From Azolla caroliniana (taxonomy: Eukaryota; Plantae; Polypodiophyta), in NCBI GenBank assembly GCA_043228905.1, contig JBHGNT010000012.1:434001-498000 (forward strand): a stretch of DNA of 64,000 nt, given 5' to 3'. How positions within the stretch are numbered: the stretch's first letter is position 1; each line of letters opens with the position of its first letter. The notes beneath the pieces are model-generated. The model saw only the letters and a list, made by a program, of their open reading frames with translations. It was not told the origin of the DNA and did not search any database. Shown here piece after piece: positions 13,801-26,200 of the stretch. Position numbers and translations under genes: made by a program.

Positions 13801-14876
13801 AGTCCGGGCTTTGGCACTTGTGGAATTAAATCTCACTGACAATGATTTAGAGCCGAAAACCGTGCTCATAGCGAAAGAGATGCAGTCGGCCGAGAAGACA
13901 AGATTGGCCGAACTACTACGACAATACAGAGATGTGTTTGTGTGACCGTTCGAAGATGTGAAGGGGCTCGATCCAGCATTATGCCAGCATCAGATTGATT
14001 TGCATAAAGATGCCACGCTAGTAAAGCAATGGCAGTATCGCCTGAATCCAAACTATGCAGTAAAGGTAAAAGAGGAAATCAACAAGTTGTTGTGAGTCGA
14101 TTTTGTCCGACCAGTCAAGAAGGCTACTTGGTTGAGTCTGATAGTCGTGGTCCCTAAAACGAAGGGGTAAAATCAAAGTATGTGTCGACTATCAAAAGCT
14201 TAATGCTACCATAGTGACGGATGCCTTTCTGTTACCTTTCACAGATGGAGTCCTTGATGCAATGGTTGGACATGAAATATATAGTTTTCACGATGAATTC
14301 AGTGGCTATAATTAGATTCAGATGCATCCCAATGACCAGGAGAAAACTGCTTTTGTCACTGCATGGGGTGTATTTGTAGCAGTCTTCATGATGTTCAGGC
14401 TTAAAATGGCTTCAGCTACATTTCAGAGGGTGATCATAATTTTCATTGATTATATATTGTCATTTATGCAGGTATTTCTAGATGACTTTGCAATATACAG
14501 TCGGCGAACTGACCATTTCGAACATCTTCGACTATGTTTGGAAAGGTGTCAACAAGGCAGGTTAAGTTTAAATCCAGTAAAATGTGCATTCGGAGTGACA
14601 AGTGGAACGCTACTTGGACATATTGTTAGTTGGGACGGAATTGCAGTCGACCTAGATGAAGTGAAAGCCATAATGGAGGTGCCCCCACCGACAAATGCTA
14701 AGGCTTTGAGTCGATTCTTGGGCCAAATTCGATGGCATAGTCGGATGATTCGGTATTTGGCCGACGTCCCAACAGCTCTTCATGTGGTAGTACATAAAAC
14801 ACCATTCCAGTGGTTGATAGCTGAACAAGATGCTTACGACTATTTGAAGAAAATGCTGACAAAGGCACCAATTGTA

Positions 14877-16083
14877 TGACGAGAACCCAAGGTTCCTTAT
14901 GTCCAACACTCGGCCACAACCGAGATCCTTTTCATACACAGAAAAACAGGTAATAAAACACGACACAAAGGAGAGGAAGATACACACACACACTACACAG
15001 GAGGTTTACGTGGAAAACCCCAAACTAAGGGAAAAACCACGGCAGTCCACAGGCTGCAAACTGTCACTATGTAAGAATGTACAAAACAGTGAGTCCACGG
15101 AGGCAACGACCTCGTGCTCACAATCTTCGTCACAGGCGGCGGTTACAACAGAGGCAACGACCTCGTTCTCTCTCTCTCTCTCTCTGTACAGTTTCACACT
15201 CTGATTTCGTGCAAAACAGAAAATGACAACAACAACTATTAGTTTGCCCTAAGTCATATTTATACTAATATGACTTTTCGGCTATTTACAAATATAGCCA
15301 CGATGGGCTCTCAGAAACATATTTACGAATATGTCTCTTCCTCCGGTTCATACCGGGTCTGCACCATCCGGCTCTCCGTAGCCGGGTACTCCTCATCCAG
15401 TTCGTACCGGGCCTGCACCATCCGGCTCTCCGTAGCCGGGTACTCCTCATCCGGTTCGTACCGGGCCTGCACCATCCGGCTCTCCGTAGTCGGGTACTCC
15501 TCATCCGGTTTGTACCGGGTCTGCACCATCCAGCTCTCCGTAGCCGGGTACTCCTCATCCGGTTCATACTGGGCCTGCACCATCCGGCTCTCCGTAGCCG
15601 GGTACTCCTCATCCGGTTCGTACCGGGCCTGCACCATCCGGCTCTCCGTAGCCGGGTACTCCTCATCCGGTTCGTACCGGGCCTGCACCATCCGGCTCTC
15701 CGTAGCCGGGTACTCCTCATCCGGTTCGTACCGGGCCTGCACCATCCGGCTCTCCGTAGTCGGGTACTCCTCATCCGGTTTGTACCGGGTCTGCACCATC
15801 CGGCTCTCCGTAGCCGGGTACTCCTCATCTGGTTCATACGGGGCCTGCACCATCCGGCTCTCCGTAGTCGGGTACTCCTCATCCGGTTCATACCGGGTCT
15901 GCACCATCCGGCTCTCCGTAGCCGGGTACTCCTCATACGGTTCATACCGGGCCTGCACCATCCGGCTCTCTGTAGCCGGGGTCCTCCTCATACGGTTTCG
16001 GCCGAGGCCTATCGGCCTCGGCCGAGTTTGTTCATCGTCATTGATCTTCTTCCTTCCCATCTGGAGGGACTTGTTTCCCAACA
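14877..16083 (-). mobile_element. Copia-family solo LTR (1207 bp) inserted in element A pol
   Basis: TG...CA ends with TSD TTGTA (14872-76 and 16084-88). Removal restores APIVQPPD. Homologous to the LTRs at 35185 and 53119. Confidence 0.92.
15340..15990. repeat. 54-bp tandem array (12 units) within the LTR U3
   Basis: Unit catccggctctccgtagccgggtactcctcatccggttcgtaccgggcctgcac; appears as an 18-aa repeat in the ORF track. Confidence 0.95.
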
Positions 16084-16483
16084 TTGTACAACCACCTGAT
16101 TAGGCAAAGGATTTTCATGTTTTTATAGGTGCCTCAGATATAGCTATACGAAGTGTCCTAATGAAATTGTTAGAGCCAAACTGATATAGACCAGTCTATT
16201 ATGCGAGTAAGAAGTTTTCAATTGCCAAATAGAACTATTCAACAACTGAAAGAGAGGCTCTCGGCATGATATACAATGTGAATAAGTTCTGACATTACCT
16301 ATTGGGTCAGAAATTTACTTTTCATGTCGATCATTCCGCGTACTATACTTAGTGTTGAAACAATCATTAACAAGCTAGCTAGCAAGATGGAAACTTTTGT
16401 TATAGGAATTTGAATTTGACATTATCCATCGTCCAGGAGTGCAACACGCAGTAGTCGACTACTTAAGTCGACTAGAGTCGGGT

Positions 16484-16940
16484 TGTTGAGCGGGCAAGCT
16501 CAGCCGGATCCGGATCGGCTAAATAAGCCAAAGCCAGATCGGTATCCAGAATGGAGAACCGGATAGGCACCCCGATCGGTGTCCGGACCAGAGAACCGGA
16601 TCGTACTCCAGAATAATGAGAACCAGTAGACCGTTGGAGCCTACGGTCTGAGTCTAGTACGTAGGCATATTCCTTAGAGTTAGTGTCAGTCGCTCATATG
16701 AGCATTGAAGTACATGTCAATAGTTATGTCAGTCCATTTAAGGACTTGTATAAAAAGTGTTCTATAAGACATTTGTATGCACATAGTGTTATTATTTTGA
16801 ATTGAGTTTATGTTATTTTGCTCTCTCTATCTCTCTTGTGTATTGTGTATTCTTAAGCTTCCATTAAACCTTCATTTATGTTCTACTATTTTTATCCGGC
16901 TGAGCTGGTTTATCTAAGCTTCCGCATATTAATTTTTACA
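16484..16940 (+). mobile_element. Solo LTR (457 bp), unassigned family
   Basis: TGTTGAG...TTTACA with TSD CGGGT/TGGGT (one CpG transition). Removal restores LESGELGA. TATAAAA at ~16749. Confidence 0.85.
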
Positions 16941-18629
16941 TGGGTGAGCTTGGTGCAGGAGTTCAGGATGATTTTCCAGATGCCCAACTGTTTCGAGTCA
17001 ACGCAGTGACTTTGACGGAAGTCGATGAGGAAGTAGCTAATATGTGGATCATAGAAATGACAATATTCCTCAGTATAGGAGTGCCATTGGAGGGTATGGC
17101 ACCATATGAGTGCAAACAATTAGCAGTTCGGAGTTGGAACTTCTATTTGTTGAAGGCAACATTGTACCATAAAGGAGCCGATGACATATGGCAATGCGCG
17201 GTTCAACAATTCGAGAAGGCAACGGTTTTGCGCGAAGCTCATTACGGAGTGGTTGGACGACATTATGCAAGTGACACGACTGCTCAAAAGATCTAGAACA
17301 ATAGGTTATGGTGGCCGACAACTATGAAATATACAGTCAACTATCGTCAGCAATGTGATGTGTCAACGAATTGGCCAACCAAGTGAACGAGATTGAATGC
17401 CGCATCAACCAGTATTGTCGTTAGCAATGACGAAGACAAACAACCAATATATCATAGTCGCAACCAATTATTGTACAAAATGGGTTGAAGCTAAAGCTCT
17501 TCGTGATAACATGACAGTTTCAATGACAATATTCCTCTATGAATGCATATGGTGCAGATTCGACTGCCCAATCGAATTAGTAAGTGATCAAGGTACTCAC
17601 TTCGTTAAAAAAGTTATTCATGAATTATCAATTTATTATGCAGTAGTGCATAAAAGGAGTACACCATACTATCCACAAGCTAACGGGTTAGCTGAGTCGA
17701 CAAACAAAACTATTCAAATAATCCTAAGGAAAATTGTCAATGAAAATCGTATCGACTGGGACCAAAAGTTGCATAGTGCTCTATGGGCCTAACGAACAAC
17801 ATACAAAACTATGATCAAGTCAATCCCATTCAGGATGGCGTTCGGGTTAGAAGCAGTGATGCCGATCAAGTTTTAGATTCCAACTCTGCGCGTACAGATG
17901 CCCAAATGGATGGATGAGGACCAGTGAAGAGAAGTTGTTCGATGTTGGTAAGTCGGTCTTGGTTTTTCAAACAAAAATGGGTACCATGCTAGGAAAACTA
18001 AGATTTCGATGAACCAATCCTTATTGGATTGTCGATAGTAACAACGACACATATAAGATCGGCACATTAGCAGGTCAAGTCTTGCCTAAGTGGGTGAATG
18101 GGTTCCGACTCAAGCCGTATCCGGGACCGACCTCGGCTAACCCATTCGAACCAAGCGAAGGAACCGACAGTCGACCGACTACCCGGTGATGGTCGATGGG
18201 CCATGACAAGTACAACGGGGCATAATTGTAAATATTATTAAAATAAATAAATAATAATAATAATAATAAAGCTTCGCAATATTATTATTCCTTGGCATTA
18301 AAACATAAAACAGAAAACCGAAAATCAAATCTTCGCATCATTACAAAAGAAACCGAAAAAATTATCTTGGAATCATTACTTCTTTGCGTTGTCCTTTTTA
18401 GACAATAAATGGACAAGCACACTGATGATTCTTATTATGATTGGTGGATATTGAAAGGCCTTTAATAGCATATTCTATTTTTATAATGTTTTGCCTTGAG
18501 GAATCAATTGACCCCTTTTCTCAGAGCACAAACGAACAAGAAGCCTGCATAGAGACGATTTCAACTCTACGACTCCTCTACCGAGCACAACAAGGTCATT
18601 CACACAAATGACGAATAAGAAAACATGCC

Positions 18630-19037
18630 AATGCAGATATCTAAGCATCTGCGCCGATGGCTGAAGACAAATGGGTTGGAAAGCTACCTTCGAGTAGTCG
18701 ACGCTAAATCTCATCCTCAAGCAAAAGAAATAATCAAAGCAATCGACGTCGACAAAATCACAAACAAATAGGTGTGTCGATTCTTAAACCTAAAGAAAGA
18801 GGGCTCTACAATATGATGGACACATTGGAAGTAGAAATCTTGGAATCATATTTCAAGGAATACTCTCCTTTAGCCAAAGCCTATCGAACACAAGGAGGTC
18901 TTGATGTATTTTTCCATGATGTCGCAAAATTTCTGTTGGAAGTGTCTTGTGTAAGCCCACGGTCATATTGCATGCCGAAACAGAGGGTGATGATGATCAA
19001 TCGATGTGCGGTCGAGCTTGATCTTGAACGACATTAA
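18630..19037 (+). pseudogene. Remnant of the extra ORF3 in element A
   Basis: IKAIDVD...YFKEYSPLAKAYRTQGGLDVFFHDVAKFL..SPRSYCMPKQR aligns with B ORF3 YFGEY*LASKGYRTQGGGDMLFREIARVL..YPRPPVMPQNR. Confidence 0.8.
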
Positions 19038-19184
19038 CAAGCGAACTTTGGTAACTCTTTTTTTCTTCTTATTCTTTCTTCTCCCAATCTAATTGACATG
19101 TATAGTCAATACGTAATTTGTTTTCATTGATTTAATTATGTTGAAGTGGTAAAGATTGGTTGTATAAAACGTATACTCATATGT

Positions 19185-19440
19185 GTATGAGATAAATACC
19201 TCATTTGACATATATTTGATATGTGATTTACCTTGTATCCGTACAAGGTTAATACCTCAATTGTGTGTGATGTTCACATACATATGTTACATATGCATAT
19301 GAGGTCAATACCTCGATTTCTATGTAAATGATATGTGATTTGTGGCGTATGCGTAAGAGGTCAATACCTCGGTTGCGTATTATGTTCACCCTTATTTTCG
19401 ATGTTTCATGTGCATAGATGCGATATGACTCGATTATGTA
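19185..19440. repeat. Degenerate ~56-bp tandem repeat
   Basis: Core (gg)t(c/t)aatacctc recurs at ~19193, 19247, 19303 and 19359. Confidence 0.55.
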
Positions 19441-20289
19441 TCTTGATTACATCATTTGTTGGCAATGTTATGTTACGATTTTTTTTTATACATGCATATG
19501 TAATCACGTCTATACGTATTTAATCGTATACATGTGATAAACATGAATATGTGTATATTAGTGTTTATTACGTGATTTTGGAATATCAAAGTTGTCCTTT
19601 TCGGGGAAAGGAACTTGGTGGCCATCCTCACATTTTTTGTGAGAAAAGCGTAGTCACCATCCTTTAAACAAATTATTATTTTTGTTATTCCCCTTGGGCA
19701 CCTCGATTTCACTACACGTTAGAACGAAATGATCATAGCCACAATGATGTTAAGAGTTTCGGGCTTGACTCACTGCATGTGAGGTCGCCCGTATGACACA
19801 CGCATCCAACATTCCTCACTCGTTACATGGTTATGGTGCTACCATGAGATCATCATTACGGAAGGCATTCGTAAGGATGTAACCATGTGATCGGCTACGT
19901 GGGCCTACTACGAAAAGAGGGCTCGTGTAGCTTGACCATTAGGTTGCACTTTGGGGTATGTCATCGTTATGATGAGACTTGAGGTTGGGTAACGTGTCAA
20001 CATAGTTTTCTTGTTAACGAGGGGAAAATAAGGTTTCTAGGAACATATGTTTTCTTTAAAAAATATATATGGGCAAATGCCTTCGCATGTCTTCCTCATA
20101 TTTCAAAAGGAGTAAACTATTTTGTTAGCTCAAGAGTTTAATGTATTTGTTCGCGAGGTCTCGAGTTCAAATATGACCAAGACCATACAACATTATTGAT
20201 ACATATAACTATAAAACATGTTTAGACTTTAGGTCTAAGTGCACTTCGGAGTCCTTGTAATAGGACTTAAAGAACCGAAACCACGTGGG

Positions 20290-20990
20290 TGGGCACAGAG
20301 ACATAGTTTATTGTTCGTGTATAAACTATTCTTGTCGCGAACATACATGGTGGAACCTCGGGGAGCCACCATGAAAAAATCGATATAGAGATCAAGGAAA
20401 TACATTCATTTGTCACCCCCATGGTTTTCAAAACACCTTTGTGTTACCATAGTAATCTGATCTTGAACCTCATCTCATAACTCTAGAGGGGTATTAGCAT
20501 GAGATCATGATATCGATTAATGTTTGCCCATGATATGTTAACATCACGACATGATGTTATGACTATTTGTCTGACCTTATCCTATTTCTTTGCCAAAAAT
20601 TATCATTCAATGGCTCATAATAATGACCCGATGGCATCCGCCCAAGCGAAAGGAATTCAAGGAAATCCTCTTTGGCCAATCCCCATTGAGTCATATTTTT
20701 TACAAATACAAAATTTCTTTGATTCTACCTTGCACGAGATTTCCAAACTTCGGCATTCTCATAGTGCTCTCGAGGCACGTGTCATTAGTATACAACGTGA
20801 TACTAATAGCCCCGATGAGCATCAAGGTGAACCATCGTTTGTCGTAAAGCCATTTATGGGAGAAAAAAAGGAAAGAATCGAAGAAACAACCTGTACGTGG
20901 TTGGGCCGATGGGAGTCTCATTTTGAGCTCTATCCCAAGCTAGATAGTATATATGTCGGTCGAGAACTAGGGGGTAAGGCTGCCGCCTAG
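20290..20990 (+). mobile_element. Fragment E': 5' leader and gag N-terminus of the chromovirus family, 3'-truncated
   Basis: Homologous in inverted orientation to 63290-64000. MAHNNDPM...QGEPSFVVKPF matches MAQINDPM...QGEPSFVVKPF. Confidence 0.85.
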
Positions 20991-21223
20991 TAGGGGTACG
21001 ACATAGAATTTCGGAAACTCAATGGTACAAAAAACTCATCACCACTCACACCAATAAAGAAAAAATACGCATACACCCAAAATCATTTTTAAACCTAAGC
21101 GACTTTACCATAGTGGAAGAGCTTATTGGTGTGTGATCCAATCGTGTGATATGTTGAACGAACGAGAAGGTTTGTGTCAAGCCAGATCCGATCTAAGTTA
21201 TCGATCATAGAGGAGTGTTCCGG

Positions 21224-21777
21224 TGTCGTGAAGAAAACCGGCCATAGGCGAATTCGGGCAAAAAGGCGCATGAACCGGCTCTTACGCGGATGGACGCATG
21301 ACTTGATATTTTGATATTGATTCATAAATGGATCAACTGATGTAAATACTAAGTAGTGCACATTTATTAGGGGGATTGTGCGTATCTCTGTCAGAAGGGA
21401 CAGGGAATAAAGCGATTTGACTAGGAAAAAGGGCACCCTTTTTTTTTGGTAACTATTTAAGGAGAGGGGAGGCGTTAAGGAGGATGAAGTGTTGTAGGAC
21501 CGGGGGCGAACTCTCTCTCCTCCTCCGACCGTCATTCTCTATGGGTGTGGGGAGTTTGACGCCTCTACTTCGTGGGTAGCCCTTGCGCTGCCAGCAGAGG
21601 CTTTTCCTTCTGCGTTTCTATGTGTCCAGTATGTTCCGTCTGTGTGCGTGAGTAGGGTCCCCGTGTCGGGCCCATCACCGCCTTGCCGGTTGTAACCGTC
21701 CGAGTTTGTAATCTCTTGTCATTGTAATTAAGTGTTCCGTTCTATATCTCTCCTTCTCGTTTCTGTGTGTCTGTGAT

Positions 21778-21830
<53 letters not shown>

Positions 21831-21887
21831 GGTCCAAGACCCCCATGGTCCCGCCCCTTCTACGCGCACGCGCGTAACAACGCGACA
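21224..21887 (+). repeat. C1 5' LTR
   Basis: TGTCGTGAAGAAAAC...CGCGACA with internal (CT)n, followed by tatt and the PBS. Confidence 0.9.
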
Positions 21888-21891
21888 TATT

Positions 21892-21909
21892 TGGTGAACC
21901 CGACATGAA
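21892..21909 (+). promoter_or_regulatory. C1 primer-binding site (tRNA-Trp)
   Basis: TGGTGAACCCGACATGAA, 17/18 match to the complement of the plant cytosolic tRNA-Trp 3' end as recalled (TTCACGTCGGGTTCACCA). Confidence 0.85.
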
Positions 21910-21931
21910 CGGGCGGCAAAGGAGTCGAAAG

Positions 21932-22759
21932 ATGAGGGGATCGAAGCTAGCAGAGGCAATGGCGGTAGCCGTCGACCAGCTGGTGAGCGCTCGTGAGGGG
22001 ACGGGTACCCTCGACAGAGCCATTGAATTGATCGTCGGCTCTATAGGCCGGTTCGGAGGGAAAGACGCCACAAGTTATTTGGAGGCTTACCGGGCCGAAA
22101 TGATCATGAGGGATATCCCGGTGGACAAGCAGTTGTCCGGATTCCCTCGGGTGGTGATGCTGGGCATCCACGCAGAGGTGCTCGAGGTACTGGCCGGATG
22201 CCAGACTTGGGAGGAGTTTGAGCTGCAGCTCCTCGAGAAGTATGGGTTTGACGACTCGCTTCAGCTGTTGAGGCGGGACTTCATGGAGTGGGTGGAAAGC
22301 CCCGGAAAGGGGAGGAGTTCGAAAAACGGTTCGCGCGGATGTCGACGCTGGACCGGACGGTGCTCGAAACGAGTCGAGTACTACTGTTTGTCAAGTTGGT
22401 GGACGCGCTCGACAGGGAAAAGGTGGGTCCCCTATTGGAAACGGACGAAGGGCTCACAGCAGACTGGGCCGTGGTAAAACGGGTCTGCAGCCGTTTTGAC
22501 AAACGACGCGATTGGAGCGACGGAAGCTCGTCGGGGTCAGGGCCGGTCGCGGGGAGGAGGCTCGAGGAGCCGGTATCGGTGCCGGCCGGTAGGAAGGAAG
22601 AGACTCGAATCTGGCCAGAGTCAGGGTCGGCATCGAAGGACGTGGTCAGAGGCCCATCCGGAGGAGCGGCTCTGGAGGAGCTGACACAGATGATGCGCAA
22701 CCTGCAGATCGCACAGGCCCGGAGAGACAGTGGCGAACAACCTCGCGACCGGTGGCCGC
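21932..22759 (+). pseudogene. C1 gag, 5' part (continues at 32728-33179 and 51720-52553)
   Basis: MRGSKLAEAM...RFGGKDATSYLEAY, with a small deletion/frameshift at ~22310. Confidence 0.8.
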
Positions 22760-23195
22760 TAAAACCGGCCGACAAAGGAGTCCAGAGTGGGAAACGGAGA
22801 GCTAATTAAGTAGTAGGAATGTGGTTGTAATTAAGCTATGAGTGTGGACGGACGGACCGGAAACGGTATGCCGTTCCGGATCCGGACCGATCCCGAACAG
22901 GTGCGGATGGCACCGTTTTGTAATACAGATCGGAAACCTATTTAAAGGCCCGAATACAATGTAATAGTTAGCGGTTAATTAATGAAAGCTTAAGCGTTGT
23001 TATCTCTCTGTGTTAATTGTCGTTCTGTCTTAACTGTTATATCTTACGCGTGTGTTATGAAAGACGATCATAATAAGTAACTTAACCAAGTAGGATTAAG
23101 CGTTGAAGTCTAATCCGATGGCCGTAACACCCTTTGGTGAAGTGTCTCCCGTAGACACCCTGTGTTAGGCCATTGTCCGGCCCGAAGAGTTAACA
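22760..23195 (+). repeat. B 5' LTR
   Basis: About 14 mismatches to the 3' LTR over 436 bp by eye; begins TAAAA rather than TGTTA. Confidence 0.92.
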
Positions 23196-23202
23196 CAGTT
23201 TT

Positions 23203-23213
23203 TGGCGACCACG
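23203..23213 (+). promoter_or_regulatory. B primer-binding site (probably tRNA-Arg)
   Basis: TGGCGACCACG, 7 nt after the LTR end; resembles the complement of tRNA-Arg(UCG) 3' ends. Confidence 0.65.
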
Positions 23214-23248
23214 ATTCCTGTTTTTGCAGCGAACGACGGCACGGATGG

Positions 23249-26200
23249 ATGTCTAGATCAACGCACGACCTGGTTACAGATCGAACTCGACGCCTTGCCG
23301 AAAGGCAAAGGAGACGCGAGGCTTTCCAGCAAGCGGCGCAGGAAATTAGAGCGGATCGCTCGTTTTCCAACGTAATCCGGAGAGTAGCGGAGGACTCCCT
23401 CTGGTTACAGCAAACATCGCACCCGGACGACGGCAGCAGCCTAAGCAGCCTCCGGGAAACCGAATCCCTTCTCCATGCGTTGGCAAACGGAGAAGGCGAA
23501 GCAGAAGCCTTTTCAGCATATGAATCGGACTCCAAAGGGGAATATAGCGTGCACACGAACTACCGTAACAACAACGAAACCCCGGGCGGACCGGAGGACG
23601 AAGGATCGGATACCTTACCGACACCGGAACCGGAAGTGCTAACGCTGGAACCCCCAGAACCAGCAGAGGAAGAGCGACCTCCGACACTGGAAGTCGAAGA
23701 GGAGAGGCCTCCGTCACCAAAGGAGGAGGAAAAACCACCGACGCCGGAAACAAATCGGGAAAGACCACCCACACCGGAGAAAATTCCGGAACGAGTACCA
23801 ACACTGCTAGCCCGCGCACCAATACCGGACGACGATATGCCGTTCCAGTACTCCAAGTACAGACAGAGATGATCCGGACGCGGAAGCTCATGTGCACGCC
23901 TTTGAACAGACATGGGAAGCCAACCATGTGTCCCAGCGATTGACACCGGAGGAAGAAGAACGCTCTAAGATAGCGGAGTTTGGCGTCACATTGGAGGGAC
24001 CGGCAGCAAGATGGCGCCGGACGCAGGACCCGTCTACCATCAACACCTTTGCAGATTTAAAAGCTAAATTCTTGCATTTTTTTCAAAAGGAGGTGGACCA
24101 GACCGTAATGGTAGGCTTATTTTATACCATCCGGCAAGAGGCAGGGGAGAGCATTCCCCAATTTGTCATCCGGTTTCAACGGATGCATAGTCAGCTTGCC
24201 CGTGCACCCCCGGAAGAGGAATTACGGACTATATTCCTAAACGCGCTCCAGGAACCCCTACGCACGGTTTGCACGGTAATTGACTTCCGCACAAGTACCA
24301 TCGACCAAGTCATTGACCGGGTGAGAGAGATGGAAAAGACAAGCTCCTGGCTCACACTGGGAGCACTTCAACGGGCGTTACCGTCCGATGAAGACCTCCG
24401 GTTTTGGTAAGCAATACAGTGCACAACCTGCTTGAATTCCGGACACTCGGCTCTAGAATGCACTATGAGGACGCAATGTGTAATCTGTCAATCCAAGAGC
24501 CATACGACGGATAGGTGCGAGTATAATCTGTTGAATCGGCAAGCACCACCCGTCCGACAAATTGAGCCACGCAACAGCCGGGATGAAGAAGACGAACGCT
24601 GGCGGCGAATGGACCGTGACCGACCGGCACAGGATGTCCGGTATGGCGAGCGACGGGAAAATGATGTCCGGTATGGCGATCGACGGGAAAATGATGTCCG
24701 GTACGGTGATCGGCGGGATAACTATGACCGGCATGATCGGTACCAGGATTACAATAGACGATACGAACATTACGACCGGGAGCACTCCCCCGGGTATCGT
24801 CAGCAACGGGAGGACTACGGCAGATATAACGGGCAACCCCGTCAAGAGTACCGTAATAAGAAGAGCTATAACAAAAAACAGCATTTTAAAAAAGGCGACT
24901 ACCCCCGGGATCCGGAACAAGGAGCTCCAAGTAGCCAACCGGTACAAAACCCCGCGCGTACCGTAGGACCTGCCCCAGGTACAACAGACAATGCCGAATC
25001 TAGCAATACCCGGAAAGCCTACTGCTACTACTGCCGACAGGAAGGCCATTATAGTAACCAATGCCCGGTGAAGAGCTATGAAAAACGACCGGTGGTAAAT
25101 ATGGTAGTCCCTGAGGTGGCGGATCTGCAGCAGGTGACCACAAGGTCGAAGGGCATGGCCAAAGAATGGGAGACACAGGAGACTATCCGGAAATAAGCAA
25201 CGGAATGGGTAAAGAAAGCAAACGAGCAGAATGTCATAGACTTACAGCAGCAAAAGGAGAACACCGCAGGGCTTGCCGACGGTAGTCAGTCCGAGAACAA
25301 GACATGGCAGGCGTTGCAAGAATGCCAGATTACGTTACCACTAGGAAGACTCCTACAACTCGTGCCAAGATTCACGGAAGGACTGAAGACGGCCATGACA
25401 GCAGGAGAACCATCACCGGCACCGGTACTCTTCTCGAATCCGGAGGAGGGACCAATGGTGGTGGACACCAGCAGTCTGGTAATCACTGCCATTGTGAAAG
25501 GGAAAGAACTCCCCGGCATAGTTATAGACGGAGGCTCTGGGGTGAATGTAATAAGCCTCCGGACGTGTGATGACCTTGGAATCCACGAGTGGGAGCCGTG
25601 TCCGTTCTGGTTGCGGATGGCCGATACAAGCTCAGTGCGGCCGACAGGATTAATACGGAAATTAGAAGTCACCGTCAGCGGTCATACATTTCACATCTCG
25701 GCCGTAGTGCTACAATTACAGGCACAAGGCGCATACCCGCTATTGCTGGGGCGGCCATGGTTGAAAACGGCACATATCAAACAGAATTGGCGAAAAAATA
25801 TAATTACCTTCCGGCGAGGAAAAACCAAGGTACGGGTATCAACACAGCCAAGGACGAGCACTGGCAAGGAATGTACACCGTTGTATGCGGAATGCGTCAA
25901 CATGCTAGAAGGGTTAGCGGACGAAGAAGAAGCTCAATACCTGCAGGAAAACCCGAAGATCATACCCCTCTTCGAAATTGACATTGCCGAAGCAGTAGCA
26001 CCATACTTACCGCAACCGGAAGAGGCTGAAGTAGAACCGGATAAAGAAGCAATCCGGGAGTTACGGCAAGCGTAGGAAGCGTTGGAACGGGAAATGGCCG
26101 TTTCACAGCGCGTAAAAGCGTCGCAACTGGAAGAGGTGAACCTAGGGACCACGGATGAAGCAAAACCGGTGCACATCGCCAAGGAGATGAAGTCCGAAGA

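Larger units (their letters stand above)
11690..19040 (+). mobile_element. Gypsy element A: old, degenerate Athila/Phygy-like non-chromovirus; LTRs not found
   Basis: Gag DAEAHVRVF..TWQAN, protease IIDGGSG, RT MQVFLDDF, RNase H and integrase TKWVEAKAL/PYYPQANG, plus an ORF3 remnant. Collinear with element B; interrupted by two solo LTRs. Confidence 0.9.

Noticed and set aside
15270-16103. CRISPR-like array or repeat-protein genes (219-277 aa ORFs in three frames)
   Set aside because: There are no unique spacers. It is a 54-bp stop-poor tandem repeat inside a TSD-flanked solo LTR.
23855-23880. Programmed frameshift in B gag
   Set aside because: No slippery heptamer or downstream structure is seen; it is most simply a small indel in an AG-rich run in this copy.
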